A stretch of DNA of 55,453 nucleotides, filler included, from Sphacelaria rigidula (taxonomy: Eukaryota), in assembly GCA_964200075.2 (NCBI GenBank). It is 6 parts of 6 records of this genome, joined end to end, with 100 filler letters (N's around TTAATTAATTAA, not from the genome) between each part and the next. Parts side by side here need not be neighbours in the genome. Positions count along the whole stretch, not along the records: positions 46,297 to 55,453 come from CAXNAA020009160.1; 5 more parts are not named here. One strand, given 5' to 3'. Both the position numbers and the translations under genes were made by a program. Positions 49,305-55,453 of the stretch are shown here, piece after piece (the stretch's first letter is position 1; each line of letters starts with the position of its first letter). The notes beneath the pieces were generated by a model. It ran no database searches. It was not told where the DNA came from and was given only the letters and a program-made list of their open reading frames with translations.

Positions 49305-49402
49305 CCCTTAGACCGCGAGATTAGTCTTCTGTTGAATCGGCATCAATTTCAAGCGAAAAAAAGTATGCATGATCCAGAAAGACTAATCTCGCGGTCTAAG
49401 GG
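49305..49402 (+). mobile_element. piggyBac-like MITE, copy 4 (98 bp, perfect 24-bp TIRs)
   Basis: ATAA|CCCTTAGACCGCGAGATTAGTCTT...AAGACTAATCTCGCGGTCTAAGGG|TTGA. Confidence 0.85.
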
Positions 49403-51234
49403 TTGACGAATGATCTTTCGATCGAAAAAGTGCGGCGGAAACGTCCGATGCACAGGTGATGAATTGAACGAAAGCGGCGTGGACATCAGTGGCGACCTCT
49501 CAGATGGGACTTTTTCCGCTTTCGCCACACTTTACGATCGAAGAATGGATTGCTACGGGTGTGTCTTGGCAGATGATTTTGGCGAAAATATGCGGTGGGA
49601 AGAGGAAGTTCCGATCTGATGAGTCGTAGTTTTATATGAATGACGTGCTTGTGCACGTGCACGTGAATACGGCATGACCGCCTGTCCTGACCGATCAGAT
49701 GGGATTTTTCTTGCACATGAATGACGACCTGTCCTATATTCCTGACTCGTCAGATGGGAATTTCTGCTTTTCCGCCGCACCTTGGACCAAGAACGACCAC
49801 TTCGATGTTCGCAGCCCTTCAAATCTGTCTGCAGGATATTTTGATATCGGATACCGTAGGGGTTTTTCTTGCACATGAATGACGACCTGTCCTATATTCC
49901 TGACTCATCAGATGGGAATTTCTGCTTTTCCGCCGCACCTTGGACCAAGAACGACCACTTCGCTGTTCGCAGCCCTTCAAATCTGTCTGCAGAATATTTT
50001 GATGAGCAAAAATGAGGTTTCGTTTGTATAGTAGTTTTTTCGCAGAAAAGTTGTGCGCAACATAAATAGTGTTGTGTACAGAAACTATGCCCCCTTCCCC
50101 TCCCCCTCCCCCCAACAAAAAAAAACAAGTTCATTAAAAGTCATGGAAGTTCGGCTGTTGTTGTGGTCAATTTCATCCTTGTGCGCTCCCTCGTGCGTGC
50201 GCAAGGGCCCGGCGTCATACCAGATAATATATTTCACGTGATGTAGGCTCGTACGTCACCTGTTTTGCGATCAAAATTATCATATACCAGATATCATATA
50301 CCATTCCCTGTCTACAGGATATAAGGCGTACTTGAGTATACTTCGTATATTCATTATCGTATACTCCTCGAAAACGTGGACAAAGTCGCATGGAGATTAT
50401 ATACGTACGATTATCGTATACGAGTAGGGGGTATGTATATCTAGCATATTACTGTAAAGACCACGTTATATCCGTGACCACGGGTTCGAGAATTATGGCT
50501 AATGTGCGGAATAGAAAAATAATCAAAATATTTGTATCCCGCCCTCCCCCTCCCCCTCGTCCCCCTCCTCCGTCACAAATATCTCTCACCACCATCCAGC
50601 AACCAGATCAGAGGTATGTGACTATTAGACTAAGAAAATGTACCAGCGGCCACTCGTGTGCGCCCTGTCGTTTGCTGTGCTCGATACTGTATCTTACATT
50701 AAGAGCCCTGTTACCCAGCCTGTGACCCGAACCACATACAGTAGTACCGAAAACCCTCGGGCGAAGGGGGTGGATATGATGTCCTAGGCAAGAAGCGTGC
50801 TTTGGTAGAGCTCGAGTCCGCGCCCCAGCTTACTCAGCCCCACGGTAGTGTTGGTGTGGCTTTGCTTATCGGTCGAAAAAGACACACATCACAGTACAGT
50901 ACGGCATGACGGGCTTTACCCGAAGGGGCTTGCCGCCCCCTCCGTCTTGCGTGAGATAGATGAGATAGAGGGCAAAGGCGCGCGACTGATTCGCATCAAT
51001 GGCTTTGAAAAGCAAATTACAAGAGTGTGGCTTGAGACCCAGGCGTCTCGGTGTTCGCCACCTCTCCTGGAATGGATGTGTATCGCAGCATTTGCGGTAC
51101 CGTCAAACGTTTTCCCGGGTGAGATATGAAATGGTGTTCGGTGTGATTTGCTTGGTTTTGTTTCAATTGTCGTACTCGTTCGGTCGAAAATCGGGCACCT
51201 TCTAGTGCATCATGGGGGGCGCACGCCGATATGA

Positions 51235-52470
51235 CTCTCGCCCTAGCCTTGGTTCTCATCCTAAAAACTCGGCACGCCCCCATCTTTGGAGGGCTCAGGC
51301 TATGCCTTTTGGGGGGAGCCATGGCTACGAGTAGGGCTGGAGTTAGTTCGGGGGTTGGGTAGCAGGCAGCCCGAATATGAAAAAAAGCGCCCTGACTGCG
51401 AATGTCACCCTGTCGGCAGATCTGGCGGGTCAAATATCCGCTGTTTTGTTTTCAAGCGAGGAGATTCTTGTATAATAGTCGTGCAAACCGTTTGCTCCCT
51501 GTTGAACACTGCTTGTGCTGGTCGGCGGAAAACACCAAACTGCACTGTAGTGCTGGTGTGTAAGTTCTGTTGAGAGACCGTGCTGTACGTGTACTCCGAT
51601 TCAAACATTGAGGCAGTCCGATGGCTTGGCGCGTCTTAGCGTAACTTGATTTTTCGATCGAAAAAGTGCGATGAAAAAGACTGATACGGATAGGTCCGCC
51701 ATTCAAATATAAACGGCGTGGACATCGAAGACGATTTATCGGGTGTGATTTTTTCTCCTCCACCTCGCTCAGTTTCCGCCGCACTTTTTCGATCGGAGAA
51801 TGATTTGGGAAGGAGACAAGTAACTGTCTGCTGTCAGGTCGTGTCTTGGCAAATTATTCTTCGGTGGAAAAAAGTGCCGTGGAAACAATACAAATGTCAT
51901 CTGATGGCTCATTTCCAAGTCTCCAATCTGATAGGTCGTCATTTATGTCGACGTCACTTGTGTTGACATGACGACCTATGAAGGCGGGATTTTCATTTTC
52001 ATCGCACCTCCTTGGTCAAGGAATAAATTGCTAAGACGCGCCCTGGTCTTATAACAATAATTTTGCTCTTGGCAGATTATTCCTCGATCGAAAAAGTGCG
52101 GCGGAGAGAAAAAACAAATCCGATCTGATAGGTCGTCATTTATGTCCACGTTAATGACGCTAGAATGACGAGCTATAAGATTGGATATTTTATTTTCCAC
52201 CACACTCGTTCCTTCGACAAACAGCCTGCTAAGCACGCCTCAAGACCGAAACCAAGATAGGGCCTGACTTTTGCATGTTGCGACGATTTGTGCTGATCCG
52301 TAAATCTCACATCAACAACGACCACTACGATATCCGCAGCCCTTGGCACCTGTCTCGAGAATAATATTTTGATGAACAGAATGGTTTGATTCTGGGTGAT
52401 TTTCGTAGGAAAATTGTACGCACTGACGGGTTGTGTACACAGACGATGTCTGTAAACCCCCCTCCCAGTC
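51235..52470 (+). mobile_element. ~1.2-kb repeat element, copy 2 (empty site for the MITE doublet)
   Basis: GGCGCGTC-TTAG-CGTAACTTGATTTTTCGATCGAAAAAGTGCG at 51628-51670 lacks the insertion. Confidence 0.75.
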
Positions 52471-53242
52471 CACCCAAATTGCTCCGTCTCGCACGGGATA
52501 CGTGGTGACTGGTCAAACGACTAGGGCAAGCAACAATCGAATACCCCCCCCCCTCGCAAGAAGAGTTTTTCCTCAGGGAGTTGTGGCATTTCCTTTTGCT
52601 TTGCCCGAATTTGAAATCATTGAAATCACTCCCATTTTCCGTTGTTTTTTTCCCTCTGTTGGTTGCCGACGCTCAAAGGATCATCTCGGGAACATTCCGT
52701 ATTTCGAAGAGTCCTTGCTCCCAACCACTGCACTTACCCTTGAATACTCCCGGAGTACTCTTGGGACGAGAGAGGGCGTTGAGCAGCACACCGCCATCCC
52801 AATCATGGTTGAAATGTTGGCACGTTGTGTTTGCTTTCCCCCTGAAGGAAACACCAATTTCGACATGCCACGGAAGTGCACTAATTTCCCCCAACATTTC
52901 TAGTCCTCGATACCTTCACTGAAAGCGGGGCAGCTGTCGTGCATAAAAAAGGAGGCCGCGACATTACACATTCTTCGTATAGAAGTATGTGAAGTCACAG
53001 TTGCTTTTGCTGCTTTGCATTGTGGACATGTCGGATTCATGCTGATGCTTGGGGCGGATTTTTTTCTTATACTGCCAGTAGTGTCAGCGAAGCAACCGAA
53101 TAACAACACCGCTGTAGCTGGAGGATGCTGAGATCACTCCCTCCCTACCTCACGCCCGCTTTACACATGCGTACCAGAAGATGCCGCCTTCAAAGAAACA
53201 AGTGAGAAAGAACGAGAAAAGGGCACGGCGCGCCAGCAGTCA

Positions 53243-53832
53243 CCGCAACAACAGCAGCAACAACAGCATCAGCAGCAGCAGTAGCAGCAGCAGCCACCGC
53301 AGCAGCAGCAATAGCGACAACAACAGCAGCAGCAACAACAACAATGACAACAGTAACAATATTAGCAGCAACAGCAGCAACAACAACAATAACAATATTA
53401 GGAGCAGCAGCGACAACAGCAGCAGCAGCAACAATAACAACAATGACAACAATGACAACAATAACAATATTAGCAGCAGCAGCAGCAACAACAACAACAA
53501 TAACAATATTAGGAGCAGCAGCGACAACAGCAGCAACAACAACAATAACAATATTAGGAGCAGCAGCGACAACAACAGCAGCAACAACAAAAACAATATT
53601 AGGAGCAGCAGCGACAACAGCAGCAACAACAACAATAACAACAATGACAACAATGACAACAGTAACAATATTAGCAGCAGCAGAAGCAGCGACAACAACA
53701 GCAGCAGCAACAGCAGCAACAACAACAACAATGACAACAGTAACAATATTAGGAGCAGCAGCGACAGCAGCAGCATCAGCAACAATAACAACAGTAACAA
53801 TATTAGCAGCAGCAGCAGCAGCAGCAGCAGCG
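53243..53832. repeat. Compound CAA/CAG/AAT microsatellite with a higher-order unit
   Basis: AACAATATTAG(G)AGCAGCAGCGACAACAGCAGC recurs throughout; lies inside the 53181-54017 S/N-rich ORF. Confidence 0.92.
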
Positions 53833-55077
53833 CCCACAGAGCGATGCCGGCACCGGAGCAAGTTGCCTCAGGGAGGAGGAATGCAGAAAACTCGGAGGGC
53901 CGCCGCCATTTTGCCCTCGACGCGAGCACCCTCTACGAGGGTGCGAAGGTATACAACAGTGAGCGTACATGCGTGTTTCGTCGGGGGGGGAGGGGGGGGG
54001 GAAACACTCGAAAATAATACTTTTCACACGTCGGACAGCTCATGAGCTACCTGGATATTACTTCTTATTAGAGTACTGATCCGGATCACGAGCTAGCTCA
54101 TTTGGCCACAATTTCCGCACTAGGTCCCTACAGCGATGGACACCGAGCACGCCGTGTAGCGAGAAGGCAAGTCTTTGACTTCTCGGACACTGCTGTCACG
54201 TCTTCTGTGTTTTTGTACGATGGATGCGAGAGTTCTCTTCGAGTCGCGATTTCAGGTATCTCATGAGCTGTCCGACGTGTGATACTTTTGCTCCTCATAT
54301 CAAGGATTAACGTTCATACCGTGGTCGTGGTCTCTAGATAGCTCAGTCGCAGCCTGCCTTCACGTCCTTGTCCGCTTTGGTTCGTTTCATTGTGCTTTGT
54401 TCGTGTTGTCCTGTGTGGTCCTTCACGGTCTGCTTACCGGAAGCCATGTCTCAGTTTTTTGTTTTGTTTTTCACACTTCTCGAGACCGGCATTACTAGTT
54501 GATGTCAGCCTCACGTTTTTATTTGTTTTTTTGTCTTCAGCTCTCGTCGTGTCCTTCCCCTATTTCTCTTTTTTTTTCTTTTCTAGTTTTTGTCGCATTT
54601 CGTGTTTCTCCTCGTTTTCACCTTATTATTGTGTCTGTTCTTCTTCCTCGAGTTTTCCTTCGTGACCGGACCGTTTCCGTTTCCGTCTCTTAATTTACCT
54701 TGGGTATGCCCATCTTGCGGCCACAGCTAGATTCGTGGCGAAAATCAGTGAATGTTGATGTGTGACAGTTAGAATCCATGGACCGTCTAAAACTAGTGAG
54801 ATTCATTTGCTTCGACCGGGATTTGTGTAAGGATTGATTGTTGTTGACTGATTTTTGTTGTTCCTTCGTTTTCGAAATCTGCACGGGAAGATGTCATACC
54901 TCATCATTTTGATATGATGTCAGGGGGAGAGGCAGGGGAGGGGGGCATGGTACCTGTACCGCTGCCAAGTGGGAGCATGTGAGAAAAATGCTTGTTTATT
55001 TGATTTCATGTTCATTTGTGGTCTAAAATCCTCGCACGGGTTCTCTTCTCTTGTTTTTTTCCACGCACCTGTCTCAG

Positions 55078-55197
55078 CACGCCTATACGGCCCTGGTGGG
55101 TCTACCCTTTATGGGGGGATGGATTGCTTCTACGGTTGAGGCAGTAGCTGGGGCAATCGCGGATGTGATTGTCGACGATTCCGATTCCCCTGAGGAG
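55078..55197 (+). CDS. Candidate internal exon of an unknown gene (HAYTALVGLPFMGGWIASTVEAVAGAIADVIVDDSDSPEE)
   Basis: Pyrimidine tract plus TCTCAG acceptor; GAG|GTGAGG donor; 120 bp, open in phase 0. Confidence 0.5.
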
Positions 55198-55274
55198 GTG
55201 AGGTGTTATTCTAGGGAGGGACGGGGGCGGTGTACTCATGATCTTGCATGCCATAGTCATGAGACCGTTGACTC

Positions 55275-55368
55275 TGCATGCCTACACTGCCGTGGGGGGG
55301 GCGTACTCATTTGTTGCTTGCCTTAGTTGTCTGACCATTGACCGCGCATCCCTTTCGAGACGGAGCAT
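55275..55368 (-). mobile_element. LINE 3'-end fragment
   Basis: GGGCGTACTCATTTGTTGCTTGCCTTAGT...GCATCCCTTTCGAGACGGAGCAT, near-identical to 18521-18590. Confidence 0.8.
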
Positions 55369-55453
55369 TGGGGGGGGGGGGGGGGGGGGGTGCATTTATC
55401 CCCAACCACTTCTTCTTTTTGATTTGGATTCCTATCATTACCCCCCCCCCCTC

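Larger units (their letters stand above)
48860..50110 (+). mobile_element. ~1.2-kb repeat element, copy 1 (contains the MITE doublet and a 158-bp-period duplication at 49701-50003)
   Basis: Collinear with 51235-52470: CTATGCCTTT.GGGGGAGCCA, AAATATCCGCTG, GGCGCGTCTT, TCGATCGAAAAAGTGCG, AACGACCACT.CG...CGCAGCCCTT. Confidence 0.75.

Noticed and set aside
53190..53929. Poly-Leu and Ala/Val ORFs on the minus strand as membrane proteins
   Set aside because: Antisense translations of the CAA/CAG repeat
1..55453. A multi-gene system combining YR, RT, TET-like and DEPDC5-like genes
   Set aside because: They lie on different unlinked contigs; RT and YR are explained by a known retrotransposon class and are pseudogenised

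Overview
Eukaryotic, repeat-rich DNA. Large introns, CAG/CTG tracts and the transposon mix suggest a brown alga or other stramenopile (inference only). The window is not one locus. It is six unlinked contigs of 9160, 9160, 9159, 9159, 9158 and 9157 bp, in descending size order, joined by artificial 100-bp linkers (44 N + TTAATTAATTAA + 44 N). The only recognisable host gene is four minus-strand exons in contig 1 that splice in frame into a DEPDC5/Iml1 (GATOR1)-like C-terminal domain, using one GC-AG intron. Contig 4 holds a decayed tyrosine-recombinase retrotransposon (DIRS/Ngaro type) that lacks RNase H and carries nested insertions: an LTR element, two MITEs and a SINE tail. The rest includes a MULE transposase remnant, a decayed LINE ORF2, a probable solo LTR, a ~100-bp piggyBac-like MITE family (with a doublet and its empty-site paralog), foldback MITEs, tRNA-derived SINEs forming the arms of a 1.1-kb palindrome, and mini/microsatellites. 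A few decayed ORFs have only speculative assignments (TET/JBP-like, KDZ-like, Plavaka-like, AT-hook/Ulp1-like). No intact novel system could be demonstrated.
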